Positions 29,977 through 38,812 of a stretch of 40,718 nt of DNA are shown here, piece after piece. The stretch's first letter is position 1. Every line of letters begins with the position of its first letter. The stretch comes from an uncultured Actinomycetes bacterium (lineage in GTDB: Bacteria > Actinomycetota > UBA4738 > CALAEC01). The stretch lies in assembly GCA_937890785.1 (NCBI GenBank), contig CALAEC010000080.1:1-40718 (forward strand), in the 5' to 3' direction. The notes below the pieces were generated by a model. It worked only from the letters and a program-made list of their open reading frames with translations. It was not told the origin of the DNA and made no database searches. The position numbers and the translations under genes were made by a program.

Positions 29977-30996
29977 CTACCTTCTCCTGGCTCCTCGGTC
30001 CAACTCCACGGCGTCACGAGCGAGACGAACGATCTCGGCGACCTCACCGCGAGGCGGCGTCGGTGGTTCGACCGCGTCGATGGGGCCCGACCGGGCCCGG
30101 GCCAGCGCCCCGCGCGCCCTACCAACCTGGGTCCGCCAGTCCACGGCCGCGTTGGTGAGCATCGTGGTCGCCCTGGCAAGCTTGTGCTCCAGGGTCTGCT
30201 CCATGGCCCCGAAGACGGCGTCGAGCTCGGCCAGGCAGTCCCGAACGTCACTGACGCTACCGTACCTCGAGGCCAGCACGTACAGGGTCAGGAGGACCGG
30301 CAGGGCGCTCGAGTACGGCACGATGACGACGCCGTCGACGAACGCATCGGCGTGGGCCCGGCGGCACGCGGCGAAGGCCGGATCCGGCACGCACGCCACG
30401 GCGAAGGGTGTGGTCAGGGCGGGATCGAGGTAGCCCCGCACCTCGCGCGCCCGGCGGGTGACCTCCTCCTCGACGCGGCGGCACAGCGCCTGGCGCGCCT
30501 CGGGGTCCTGCTCTCGCTGGAGCTCGGCTAGCTCCCGGGCCGCGGTCCACTTCGAATCGATGGGCAGCCGGCGCCCGTCGGGGAGGGCCAGGGCGAACTC
30601 GACCCGCCTGCCGGCGACCGCGAAGTCTCGGACCAGCATCCCGGGCGGCAGCTGGGAGAGGGCCTCCTCGAGGAGGTTTTCGCCCGCCCGACCGCGGGCG
30701 CCGCCACCGGCCAGCACCGCCTCGAGCCGGCGGACCGCGGCCCATACCGGGGCTTCGGCCCGGGCCCGGGCGTCGGCACCAGCCCGCAGGCCCTCCACGA
30801 GCTCGCGGACCCGCCCGAGGTCGCCTCGGACCTCGCGGTCGTCGCCGCCCTGCCGGGCCACCGCGTCGGTCAGCCGGGCCAGCTCGGCACGCACCAGGCC
30901 GACCTCGCCGGAGGCGTCGGGGCGGCGCAGCGCCCAGATCAGCGCGATCACCGCGGCCGCCAGGAGCCCGGCCAGCACGATCTCCACCGTGGTCAT
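29977..30996 (-). CDS. rmuC: RmuC-family DNA recombination protein (PD-(D/E)xK nuclease fold), short form
   Basis: N-terminal TM plus coiled coil. RGRAGENLLEEAL...VEFALALPDGRRLPIDSKW corresponds to the RmuC RGxWGE ... RPD...LP...iDaK core. Confidence 0.75.
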   Translation of the reverse strand: MTTVEIVLAGLLAAAVIALIWALRRPDASGEVGLVRAELARLTDAVARQGGDDREVRGDLGRVRELVEGLRAGADARARAEAPVWAAVRRLEAVLAGGGARGRAGENLLEEALSQLPPGMLVRDFAVAGRRVEFALALPDGRRLPIDSKWTAARELAELQREQDPEARQALCRRVEEEVTRRAREVRGYLDPALTTPFAVACVPDPAFAACRRAHADAFVDGVVIVPYSSALPVLLTLYVLASRYGSVSDVRDCLAELDAVFGAMEQTLEHKLARATTMLTNAAVDWRTQVGRARGALARARSGPIDAVEPPTPPRGEVAEIVRLARDAVELDRGARRR

Positions 30997-31003
30997 CTCG
31001 TCA

Positions 31004-31027
31004 CCCCCGGCCGAGGGTAGCCGGGGG
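31004..31027 (-). terminator. GC-rich hairpin between the SDR stop and the rmuC start
   Basis: CCCCCGGC-n8-GCCGGGGG, a perfect 8-bp stem. On the reverse strand its 3' arm overlaps the GGGGGTGA Shine-Dalgarno-like sequence of rmuC. Confidence 0.4.
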
Positions 31028-31045
31028 GTCTGACACGAACGCGGT

Positions 31046-31972
31046 TCAGACGTCCGTCAGGCCCGTGATGCGCCTGAGCGGCGAGGACTCGGGCGCGTAG
31101 GCGGTGGGCCGGTCGCCGAACAGGTCCGGCACGCGCTCGGCCAGCTCCGCCGGCGTCCACCGGCGCTCCAGCTCGTGCTCCGCCACCGGCGTCCAGCCCC
31201 GGTACAGTTGAACCAGGCCGCCGGTGATCCCGAACACCTGCCCGGTGATCCCGGCGGCGGCGTCCGAGCACAGGTACACCACCAGCGGCGCCACGTTCTC
31301 CGGCGCCAGCGGATCGAACTCCCCTTCGGGAGTGCGCAGGTCGCCGAACGTCTTCTCGGTCATCCGGGTCCGGGCGCCGGGCGCGATGGCGTTCACCCGG
31401 ACGCCGTACCGGGCCATCTCCATCGACACGATCTGGGTGAACGCGGCGATGCCGGCCTTGGCGGCCCCGTAGTTGGCCTGTCCGGGGATCCCCATGAGGC
31501 CGCTGGTGCTCGAGGTGTTGACGACGGCCCCGGCCACCTCGTCTCCGGCCTTCGACCGCTCCCGCCAGTGCGCGCACACGCGCTGTGTGCACAGGAACGT
31601 TCCGCGCAGGTGGACCTTGATCACCGCGTCCCACTCATCGGCGGTCATGTTGAAGATCATGCGGTCGCGAAGGATGCCGGCGTTGTTGACCAGCGCGTCG
31701 ATCCGGCCCCAGGTGTCGAGCGCCGTATCGATCAGCGACGCCGCGCCGTCCGGCTCTGAGATGTCTTCGTGGTGGGCCACGGCCTCGCCGCCGACCGCCC
31801 GGATCTCCTCGACCACCTCGCTCGCCGGCCTGGGGTCGCGTCCGGTCCCGTCCCAGTCGCCCCCGACGTCGTTGACCACGACCCGGGCGCCTTCGGCCGC
31901 CGCAAGGCGGGCCTCGCCCCGCCCGATCCCTCGACCCGCCCCCGTCACCGCGACGATCTTCCCGTCGAGCAC
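31046..31972 (-). CDS. SDR-family NAD(P)-dependent oxidoreductase
   Basis: VTGAGRGIG, NNAG, and catalytic S...YGAAKAG. Confidence 0.88.
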   Translation of the reverse strand: MLDGKIVAVTGAGRGIGRGEARLAAAEGARVVVNDVGGDWDGTGRDPRPASEVVEEIRAVGGEAVAHHEDISEPDGAASLIDTALDTWGRIDALVNNAGILRDRMIFNMTADEWDAVIKVHLRGTFLCTQRVCAHWRERSKAGDEVAGAVVNTSSTSGLMGIPGQANYGAAKAGIAAFTQIVSMEMARYGVRVNAIAPGARTRMTEKTFGDLRTPEGEFDPLAPENVAPLVVYLCSDAAAGITGQVFGITGGLVQLYRGWTPVAEHELERRWTPAELAERVPDLFGDRPTAYAPESSPLRRITGLTDV

Positions 31973-32094
31973 GCCAGAACGATACCCGCAACCCCACCTG
32001 CCGGTTCCCGTCGGGAGGTTCTCCTACCGTCGATCTGTGGGTTCCCCGCGTCACCGGGGCGCGGTAGGCTACCGGCCGTTCGGCCCACGGTGGG

Positions 32095-33543
32095 ATGACG
32101 ATGCTCGAGGTCGTACGACAGGCGGTGGAGGCGGCCCGCAAGGCCGGGGCCGACTACGCCGACGCCCGGTGGGTCCTGGAGGAGAACGAATCCATCACCG
32201 TGAAGAACGAGGAGATGGAGGGGATCGACCGATCCAGGTCCGATGGCATCGGCATCCGCGTCCTGGCCGGCGGGTTCTGGGGGTTCGCCGCCACGGCCCG
32301 GGGCGAGGACCCGGGCGAGGTGGAGCGGACCGCGGCCCTGGCCGTGGAGATCGCCCGGGCCGCATCGCGGCTGCCACGCGAGCCGGTGCGCCTGGCCGAG
32401 GTCGAGCCGGTCACCGACACGTGGGAGACAGCGGTGCAGGAGGACCCCTTCAATGTCTCGCTGGAGGAGAAGGTCTCGCTCCTCATGGAGGCGTCCCGGC
32501 GGATGCGCGCCGTGCCGGGGCTCTCGTTCGCCGAGGCGATGCTGGACTTCTACCGGAAGCGCTCCGCGCTGGCCACCTCGGAGGGCGCCGCCATCGAGCA
32601 GACCATCACCCATTCGGGCGGCGGGATCGAGGCCACGGCGATCGGCAACGGCGAGCTCCAGCGCCGGTCGTTCCCGAACTCGTTCCGGGGCCACATCGCC
32701 GCCGCCGGGTACGAGCACATCCGCGCCCTCGGGCTGCTCGAGGAGGCCGAGCGTGTGGCCACGGAGGCCGTCGAGCTCCTCTCGGCCAAGGACTGTCCGT
32801 CGGAGGAAACCACGCTGATCCTCGACGGCCCCCAGATGGTCCTCCAGGTCCACGAGTCGGTGGGCCACCCGATCGAGCTGGACCGGGTGCTCCGGATGGA
32901 GGAGGCTTACGCGGGAACCTCGTTCCTGGAGCCCGGCCATCGCGGGTCGCTCCGGTACGGCTCCGATCGGGTGAACATCACCGCCGACGCCACGCTCCGG
33001 GGCGGCCTGGGCACGTTCGGCTACGACGACGAGGGGGTCCCGGCCCGGCGCGTCCAGATCGTCGAGGACGGCCTGTTCCGCGACTTCATGTCGAGCCGGG
33101 AGACCGCGGCCGTCCTGGGGGAACGGTCGAACGGCACGATGCGGGCCGACGGATGGCAGAACCTCCCGCTGATCCGGATGACGAACGTCAGCCTGGAGCC
33201 CGGCGACGGGACCCTGGCCGAGCTCATCGGCAACACGAAGGACGGGATGTTCATGTCGACGAACACGTCGTGGTCGATCGACGACAAGCGGGTCAACTTC
33301 CAGTTCGGCTGTGAGATCGCCTGGCGCATCCGGGACGGGAAGCTGACCGAGATGTACCGCAACCCCAACTACACCGGGATCACCACCGAGTTCTGGGGCT
33401 CGTGCGATGCGGTGTGCGGACCGGAAGAGTGGACGGTGTGGGGCACCCCGAACTGCGGGAAGGGCCAGCCCGGCCAGGTGGCCAGGACCGGCCACGGGAC
33501 ATCGCCGGCCCGGTTCCGGAACGTCCGCGTGGGGGTGCGGTAG
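32095..33543 (+). CDS. tldD: TldD-family metalloprotease
   Basis: HESVGHPIELD (HExxxH), GxC..GQP near the C-terminus, and the family-typical N-terminus (AGADYADAR). Confidence 0.9.
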   Translation: MTMLEVVRQAVEAARKAGADYADARWVLEENESITVKNEEMEGIDRSRSDGIGIRVLAGGFWGFAATARGEDPGEVERTAALAVEIARAASRLPREPVRLAEVEPVTDTWETAVQEDPFNVSLEEKVSLLMEASRRMRAVPGLSFAEAMLDFYRKRSALATSEGAAIEQTITHSGGGIEATAIGNGELQRRSFPNSFRGHIAAAGYEHIRALGLLEEAERVATEAVELLSAKDCPSEETTLILDGPQMVLQVHESVGHPIELDRVLRMEEAYAGTSFLEPGHRGSLRYGSDRVNITADATLRGGLGTFGYDDEGVPARRVQIVEDGLFRDFMSSRETAAVLGERSNGTMRADGWQNLPLIRMTNVSLEPGDGTLAELIGNTKDGMFMSTNTSWSIDDKRVNFQFGCEIAWRIRDGKLTEMYRNPNYTGITTEFWGSCDAVCGPEEWTVWGTPNCGKGQPGQVARTGHGTSPARFRNVRVGVR

Positions 33544-33544
33544 C

Positions 33545-34897
33545 GTGCCCGACCCGATCGGTTCGGAGCAGATCCGGCGCATCGCCGAGGCCGCGCTCGA
33601 GCTGCCCGGCGCCGACGGCGTCGAGGTGCTGGCCGTGCACGATTGGGGCGGGCTGACCCGGTTCGCGGACTCGGCCATCCACCAGAGCACGGCCCGGGAG
33701 GACACCGCGGTCAAGGTGCGGGTGGTGGCCGGCGGGCGCCTCGGAGTGGCCTCGACGAACGACCTGACGAAGGAGGGCGCCGCGGGGGCGGCCCGGAGCG
33801 CCCTCGAGCTCGCGGAGATGGCCGCGCCGGACCCGGTGTTCCCCGGCTTGGCGCCTCGAGCCGAGGTCGCCGAGCCGGCGGATCGGTTCGACGTGGACAC
33901 CGCATCGACCACGCCCCGGGCCAGGGCCGAGGGCGTGGCCGCGCTGATCGGGACGCTCGGCGAGGGGTTCCATGCGGCCGGCGCCCACGAAACCGTGGCC
34001 TCCGAGGTGGCCGTGGCCACCACCGAGGGACAGTTCTGCTACGCGGCCACCAGCCAGGCCACCGCGAGCACGGTCGTCTCCGGCGGCGACGGCGGCACCG
34101 GGTACGCGGAGGCGTGGTCGGCCCGGATCGGCGACCTCGACCCCGAGGCCGTGGGTCGGCGGGCATTCGAGAAGGCCCGCGACAGCCAGGAGCCTCGCGA
34201 CCTCGACCCCGGCCGGTACGAGGTGGTCCTGGAGCCGCCTGCGGTGGCCACCCTGGTGGCGTTCCTGGCCTACCTCGGCTTCGGAGGTCGGGCCATCTCC
34301 GAGGGCCGGTCGTGTTTCTCCGGCCGGATCGGCGAGAAGCTGATGAACGACCGGATCACGATCTACGACGACGCCCTTGCCCCCGGCACCCTCGGCCTGC
34401 CGTTCGACTTCGAAGGGACGCCGAAGCGTCGGGTGGACCTCGTGTCCGAGGGGGTCGTCATGGGCGGCGTGCACGACCGCCGCAGCGGCAAGCAGGAGGG
34501 AGTTCCCTCGACCGGGCACGCCCTCCCGCCGCCGAACCCCCACGGCCCCTTCCCCTTGAACCTGTTCCTGGCGCCGGGTGACGCCTCGGTCGAGGACATG
34601 ATCCGCGACACGGAGCGCGGTCTCCTGGTCACGAGGTTCCACTACTCGAACGTGGTTCACCCGAAGGAGGCCATCATCACCGGCATGACCCGTGACGGGA
34701 CCTGGCTCGTCGAGGACGGCGAGGTACGCCACCCGGTGAAGAACCTCCGGTTCACCCACTCGATCATCGATGCCCTGCGCGACGTCGAAGCGGTCGGCAG
34801 CGACACCGAGCTCGCCAGCGAGTTCTTCTTCTCGGCCTCGCGCGTGCCCGCGCTGCAGGTCTCCTCCTTCCAGTTCACCGGCGCCAGCGACCACTGA
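33545..34897 (+). CDS. pmbA: PmbA/TldE-family protein (partner of TldD)
   Basis: GTG 33545, 1 nt after the tldD stop: (M)PDPIGSEQIRRIAEAALELPGADGVEVL... The TldD/PmbA fold lacks HExxxH, as expected for the E subunit. The track start 33407 overlaps tldD. Confidence 0.85.
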   Translation: MPDPIGSEQIRRIAEAALELPGADGVEVLAVHDWGGLTRFADSAIHQSTAREDTAVKVRVVAGGRLGVASTNDLTKEGAAGAARSALELAEMAAPDPVFPGLAPRAEVAEPADRFDVDTASTTPRARAEGVAALIGTLGEGFHAAGAHETVASEVAVATTEGQFCYAATSQATASTVVSGGDGGTGYAEAWSARIGDLDPEAVGRRAFEKARDSQEPRDLDPGRYEVVLEPPAVATLVAFLAYLGFGGRAISEGRSCFSGRIGEKLMNDRITIYDDALAPGTLGLPFDFEGTPKRRVDLVSEGVVMGGVHDRRSGKQEGVPSTGHALPPPNPHGPFPLNLFLAPGDASVEDMIRDTERGLLVTRFHYSNVVHPKEAIITGMTRDGTWLVEDGEVRHPVKNLRFTHSIIDALRDVEAVGSDTELASEFFFSASRVPALQVSSFQFTGASDH

Positions 34898-34927
34898 GCG
34901 TCGGGGTGATGGGCTACCCTTCGCGCC

Positions 34928-35842
34928 ATGCTCCTGGCCGTGGTGCTCCTCGCCGTGGGTGGGGGCGTGCTGTACGTCGGCGCGGAGGCCGCGGTCCGCG
35001 GAGGATCTGGACTGGCGCGGGCGCTGGGAGTATCGGCGTTCGTGGTTGGAGCGCTGCTGTTCGGGGTGGACCTCGAGGGGCTGGGGACCGCGGTGGTGGC
35101 CTCGGCTCGGGGCGACACGGCCATCGCCGCCGGAGAGATCTTCGGCACGGTGCTGTTCCTCTTCAGCGCGGCGTTCGGGGCGGCCTTGCTGGCGGCGCGG
35201 GCCCCGGTGCCCTCGCCGAACCGACTGATGGTCCTGGCGCCGGGCGTCCACCTGATGGCCGGCGCGTTCGCCGTCGCCGACCGGTACGTGGCCCGGCTCG
35301 AGGGCATCCTCCTGCTGGTGTTCTACGGGGCGTACGTGGGGCTGGTCCTGCGGGACGGTCGATCGAACCGCGATGACGAGCCGGCCCGAGCCGGGCCGTC
35401 GGCCGGCCCGGCCATCCTCCTCACCGTCGGTGGCCTGGTGGCCGTGGCCGGAGGGGCGGCGCTCCTCGTGGCGGGTGGTGCCCGGCTGGTGCGTGAGACC
35501 GGCCTGACCGCGGGGTTCGTCGGCGCGGCCGTCCTGGGGATCCTGGTGAGCCTCGACGAGGTGCTCCTGGAGGTCCTCCCGATCCGCCGCGGATCGCCCG
35601 AGCTGGCCACGGGCAACCTGTTCGGCACGCTGGCCGCGTTCACCACCGGGGTCCTGGGCCTGGCCGCACTGGTCCGGCCGCTGGAGATCGACGCGGCCGG
35701 GTCGGTGGCGTTCCTGGGGGTGGCTGCCCTGTACGCCGTCGTGGCCACGGTGTTCGTGGCCCGCGGTCGCGCCGGACGGGTGCTGGGCGTGTTCGTGCTG
35801 GCCGCGTACGCCGCCTGGCTGGTCTGGGCCGCGACGGTCTAG
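34928..35842 (+). CDS. Ca2+/cation antiporter (CaCA, YrbG-like Na+/Ca2+ exchanger membrane protein)
   Basis: About 10 TM helices. Alpha-repeat motifs GEIFGTVLF and GNLFGT. Confidence 0.8.
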   Translation: MLLAVVLLAVGGGVLYVGAEAAVRGGSGLARALGVSAFVVGALLFGVDLEGLGTAVVASARGDTAIAAGEIFGTVLFLFSAAFGAALLAARAPVPSPNRLMVLAPGVHLMAGAFAVADRYVARLEGILLLVFYGAYVGLVLRDGRSNRDDEPARAGPSAGPAILLTVGGLVAVAGGAALLVAGGARLVRETGLTAGFVGAAVLGILVSLDEVLLEVLPIRRGSPELATGNLFGTLAAFTTGVLGLAALVRPLEIDAAGSVAFLGVAALYAVVATVFVARGRAGRVLGVFVLAAYAAWLVWAATV

Positions 35843-35851
35843 ACGGTCCTC

Positions 35852-35887
35852 CTTCACACCTCCCGCCGGTCTTCACGACCGCTTCAC
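35852..35887 (+). promoter_or_regulatory. three CTTCAC direct repeats upstream of the membrane-protein/two-component operon (candidate OmpR-family response-regulator site)
   Basis: CTTCAC at 35852, 35871 and 35882. The last two are 11 bp apart (one helical turn) and sit about 11-32 bp upstream of a TANNNT hexamer (TACCGT, 35898-35903). Confidence 0.4.
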
Positions 35888-35925
35888 ATCCTCTCGGTAC
35901 CGTCGGCGTGTCGAAAGGAGGAGGC

Positions 35926-36279
35926 ATGCGCAGGGGAATCGGCGTCGTGACGGTGATCGTGCTGATCCTGGCGGCGATCGCCATCGGGGTGGGCGCTTAC
36001 AACGTCGGCCTCAACGAGGGGCTGGAGGAGGCCAGGCGGGGCGGCGAGGTCGTCCGGGTCGTTGGACCGGGGTTCGGCTTCCCCTTCGGGCTGATCCTGT
36101 TCCCGCTGTTCCTGTTCGGCATCTTCGCGCTGTTCCGCGCGGCGGCCTGGCGGGGGCGATGGGGCGGCAAGGGGGCACACGGTCCGTGGAGCGAACGGGC
36201 CGAGGAGTGGCACCGGCAGCTCCACGAGCGGGGGCCCGAAGGCTCGTCCGGGTCGGGCTCCGAACGACAGCACGTCTGA
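35926..36279 (+). CDS. small two-TM membrane protein with Trp/Arg/Gly-rich C-terminal tail
   Basis: ATG 35926 behind AAAGGAGGAGG. TM1 IGVVTVIVLILAAIAIGVGAY, TM2 FGFPFGLILFPLFLFGIFALF, tail AAWRGRWGGKGAHGPW. Confidence 0.7.
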   Translation: MRRGIGVVTVIVLILAAIAIGVGAYNVGLNEGLEEARRGGEVVRVVGPGFGFPFGLILFPLFLFGIFALFRAAAWRGRWGGKGAHGPWSERAEEWHRQLHERGPEGSSGSGSERQHV

Positions 36280-36287
36280 GCGAAGCG

Positions 36288-36314
36288 GCGGGGCGGGGGT
36301 TGCCTCCGCCCCGC
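36288..36314 (+). terminator. strong GC hairpin between the membrane-protein gene and the response-regulator gene (attenuator/terminator candidate)
   Basis: GCGGGGCGG-n9-CCGCCCCGC, a perfect 9-bp stem extendable by 2 GC pairs. It starts 9 nt after the stop at 36279. No U-tract. Confidence 0.4.
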
Positions 36315-36334
36315 TCGCTCGCCACCCTGCCATC

Positions 36335-37021
36335 GTGGGCCGGACGATCCTGGTGGTGGAGGACGAGAGGAAGATCGCGGGCCTGGTCCGCGACTACCTC
36401 GAGCACGCGGGGTTCGAGGTCCTCGTCGCCGGCGACGGCGAGGCCGCTCTGGCCGGCGCCCGGCGGACCCGCCCGGCCCTGGTGGTGCTGGACCTTGGTC
36501 TTCCCGACCGCGACGGTCTGGACGTGATCCGCGAGCTCCGGCGGAGCTCATCGGTCCCGATCGTGATCCTCACCGCCCGCGGCGACGAGTCGGACCGGCT
36601 CGTGGGCCTCGAGCTCGGCGCCGACGATTACGTGGTCAAGCCGTTCAGCCCGAAGGAGCTCGTGGCCAGGGTCAGGGCGGTGCTCCGGCGGTCCGAGGCG
36701 GCCGCGCAGGGAGTGACGGAGATCATTCGGGTTGGCGATGTCGAGGTCGACGTGCCCAGGATGCGGATCTCGGTCGGCGGCCGGCCGGTCGACCTCACGG
36801 CGACGGAGTTCCAGCTCGTGGCCACCATGGCCCGACAGCCTGGGCGAGTGTTCACGCGCTCCCAGCTCCTCGACGCGGTGCACGGCGTCGCCTTCGAGTC
36901 GTACGAGCGGGCCATCGACGCACACGTGAAGAACGTCCGGAAGAAGATCGAGCCGGTGCCCGGCCGGCCCAGATACCTGCTGACCGTCCACGGCGTCGGC
37001 TACCGGTTCGCCGATGGGTGA
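36335..37021 (+). CDS. OmpR/PhoB-family response regulator
   Basis: ILVVEDE, phospho-acceptor VVLDLGLPDRDG, KPF, and the winged-helix C-terminus (LTVHGVGYRF). Confidence 0.92.
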   Translation: MGRTILVVEDERKIAGLVRDYLEHAGFEVLVAGDGEAALAGARRTRPALVVLDLGLPDRDGLDVIRELRRSSSVPIVILTARGDESDRLVGLELGADDYVVKPFSPKELVARVRAVLRRSEAAAQGVTEIIRVGDVEVDVPRMRISVGGRPVDLTATEFQLVATMARQPGRVFTRSQLLDAVHGVAFESYERAIDAHVKNVRKKIEPVPGRPRYLLTVHGVGYRFADG

Positions 37022-38135
37022 ACACCGCCGATGGGGTCCCGGCCGCGGGTTCCGCCCTCCGTGGTGGCCGGAGAACGAGCCCTTCCCCCCTCGCGGGGGG
37101 CCGTGGTGGGCGGGACGGCGCCGGCGCTTCCGGCGTCGGGTTGGCTTCGCGTTCGCCACGTTCTTCCTCCTGCTGTTCGCCACCAGCGCGCTGGCGGTGA
37201 TGGTGGTCTCGGGCGCGCTGGGGGTGGGCGACCGCAGGGCGCTCCTGGTGCCGACGGCGATCCTCGGCTTGCTGCTGCTCGGGGCGCTCTTCGGCGTGGC
37301 CGTGTGGGCGGTTCGTCGGGTGGCCGGGCCGGTGGGCGACGTCATGGAGGCCGCCGACCGGGTGGCGGCCGGAGACCACGACGCTCGGGTCGAGGAACGG
37401 GGACCGCGGGAGACCCGGCGGCTCGCCCGGGCCTTCAACGAGATGACGGAGCGGCTGCGAGCCGCGGAGCACCAGCGGCGGGACCTCCTGGCCGACCTGG
37501 CCCACGAGCTCCGCACACCGCTGTCGGTGATCCGCGGCAACATGGAGGGGATCCTCGATGGCGTGTACCACGCCGACCGGACGCACCTTGAGCCGGTGCT
37601 CGAGGAGAGCCGGGTGATGTCCCGCCTGCTCGACGACCTCGAGACCCTCTCGACCGCGGAGGCGGGAGCCCTCCGACTGTACCGTGAGCCGGTCGAACCC
37701 GCCGACCTGGTCGACGACGCCGTGGCCGCGTTCGGTCCCTCGGCAGCCGACGCCGGGATCACGCTGGAGGCCAAGACCGCCGAAGGCCTCCCGGAGATCG
37801 AGGTCGACCGGGTCCGGATCGGCCAGGTCCTGGCCAACCTGCTGTCGAACGCGATCCGGCACACGCCGCCGGACGGTTCCGTGTTGATCGCCGCGGAGCG
37901 CGCGGGCGACCGGGTCGGGTTCGCGGTCTCGGACTCCGGGTCGGGCGTCCCGGTCGACGTCCTCCCCCACATCTTCGATCGGTTCGTCAAGACGGCCGAC
38001 TCCGGGGGCGCGGGCCTGGGGTTGGCCATCGCCCGCAGCCTCGTCGAGGCGCACGGCGGGGAGATCGCGGCGTCGAGCGAACCGGGCAAGGGAACGACGA
38101 TCCGGTTCACCATCCCCGTGGTCGCCCGTCCTTAG
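37014..38135 (+). CDS. sensor histidine kinase (two TM with a short extracytoplasmic loop, HAMP, HisKA, HATPase_c)
   Basis: H-box LAHELRTPLS, N-box LLSNAIRHTP, and G-boxes DSGSGV and GAGLGLAI. 8-nt overlap with the regulator gene. The loop between the TM helices is only about 10-15 aa. Confidence 0.9.
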   Translation: MGEHRRWGPGRGFRPPWWPENEPFPPRGGPWWAGRRRRFRRRVGFAFATFFLLLFATSALAVMVVSGALGVGDRRALLVPTAILGLLLLGALFGVAVWAVRRVAGPVGDVMEAADRVAAGDHDARVEERGPRETRRLARAFNEMTERLRAAEHQRRDLLADLAHELRTPLSVIRGNMEGILDGVYHADRTHLEPVLEESRVMSRLLDDLETLSTAEAGALRLYREPVEPADLVDDAVAAFGPSAADAGITLEAKTAEGLPEIEVDRVRIGQVLANLLSNAIRHTPPDGSVLIAAERAGDRVGFAVSDSGSGVPVDVLPHIFDRFVKTADSGGAGLGLAIARSLVEAHGGEIAASSEPGKGTTIRFTIPVVARP

Positions 38136-38812
38136 CCGGGCACGCCCGGGCGCAGACCCACCAGCGCCGCGGGCAGTTCCTCGAGCGTGCGAACCGCGGT
38201 GTCGACCCGAGCCAGTTGCTCGTCGGTCGGTTCGGACGGGGCTTCGCCTCGGAGCAGCCACACGCCCCGCATCCCGTGGCGCTTCGCCGCCAGGACATCG
38301 TTGTCGAGCCGATCCCCGACCATGGCGCACCGCGTCGCGGAGGCGCCGGCCTCGCGGAGGGCGTGCTCGAAGATGCCCGCGTCTGGCTTCTCCACGCCGA
38401 GCTCGCCGGACACCGCCCACACCTCGAAGTACCGGTCGATGCCGTCTCGACGCATGGTGTCGCGTATCCAGGGCTCCTGGTTCGCCAGCACCCCGAGGCG
38501 ATAGTCGGCGGCCAGCCGCTCCAGCGCCGGCCGCACGTCGGCCTGGAGGGACTCGGGCGGGTACGTCCACAGCTCCCTGCCGCGGCGAACCACGCGGTCG
38601 TAGTCCTCTTCGTCGACGAACAGCGTGGTCAGTCGGCGCGTGAACGGCCCCCGCTGGTCGGCGCGGCACGCTTCGAACTCGGCCCAGAACGCCGCCTCGT
38701 CCGCGTCGGGCCGGAGCTCCTTGATCGCCGCCAAGAGGCCTTCGTAGTACGGGCGGTCGCCGTACAGCGGTCCCCCCACGTCGAGGAAGACCACGTCGAG
38801 GTGCTCGGTCAC
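38132..38812 (-). CDS. HAD-superfamily hydrolase
   Basis: GTG 38812 in a GTGA overlap with the PHP gene stop. Motif I VVFLDVGGPL, motif II LGVLAN, motif III/IV EKPD...VGDRLDNDV. Confidence 0.82.
   Translation of the reverse strand: MTEHLDVVFLDVGGPLYGDRPYYEGLLAAIKELRPDADEAAFWAEFEACRADQRGPFTRRLTTLFVDEEDYDRVVRRGRELWTYPPESLQADVRPALERLAADYRLGVLANQEPWIRDTMRRDGIDRYFEVWAVSGELGVEKPDAGIFEHALREAGASATRCAMVGDRLDNDVLAAKRHGMRGVWLLRGEAPSEPTDEQLARVDTAVRTLEELPAALVGLRPGVPG

Noticed and set aside
31034-31044. GAAC-gcg-GTTC near the rmuC promoter, considered as a second SOS box. N3 or N5 variants also occur inside CDSs near 13571, 22481, 34651 and 40301.
   Set aside because: The spacer is 3 nt (or 5 nt in the other cases) rather than the required 4. 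The flanks do not match TCGAAC/GTTCGA.
33380-35857. Very long reverse-strand ORF (825 aa). Similar long ORFs include 31945..34023 (692 aa), 36852..38669 (605 aa), 1662..3365, 5616..7289, 13209..14879, 19767..21293, 26599..28125 and 188..1351.
   Set aside because: - They are Arg/Gly/Pro/His-rich translations with no motifs.
- They lie antisense or out of frame to genes with clear family signatures (tldD/pmbA/CaCA, the kinase, the ABC genes, glnD, ligD, GGDEF-EAL).
- They are typical stop-codon-poor shadow frames of 70% GC DNA.
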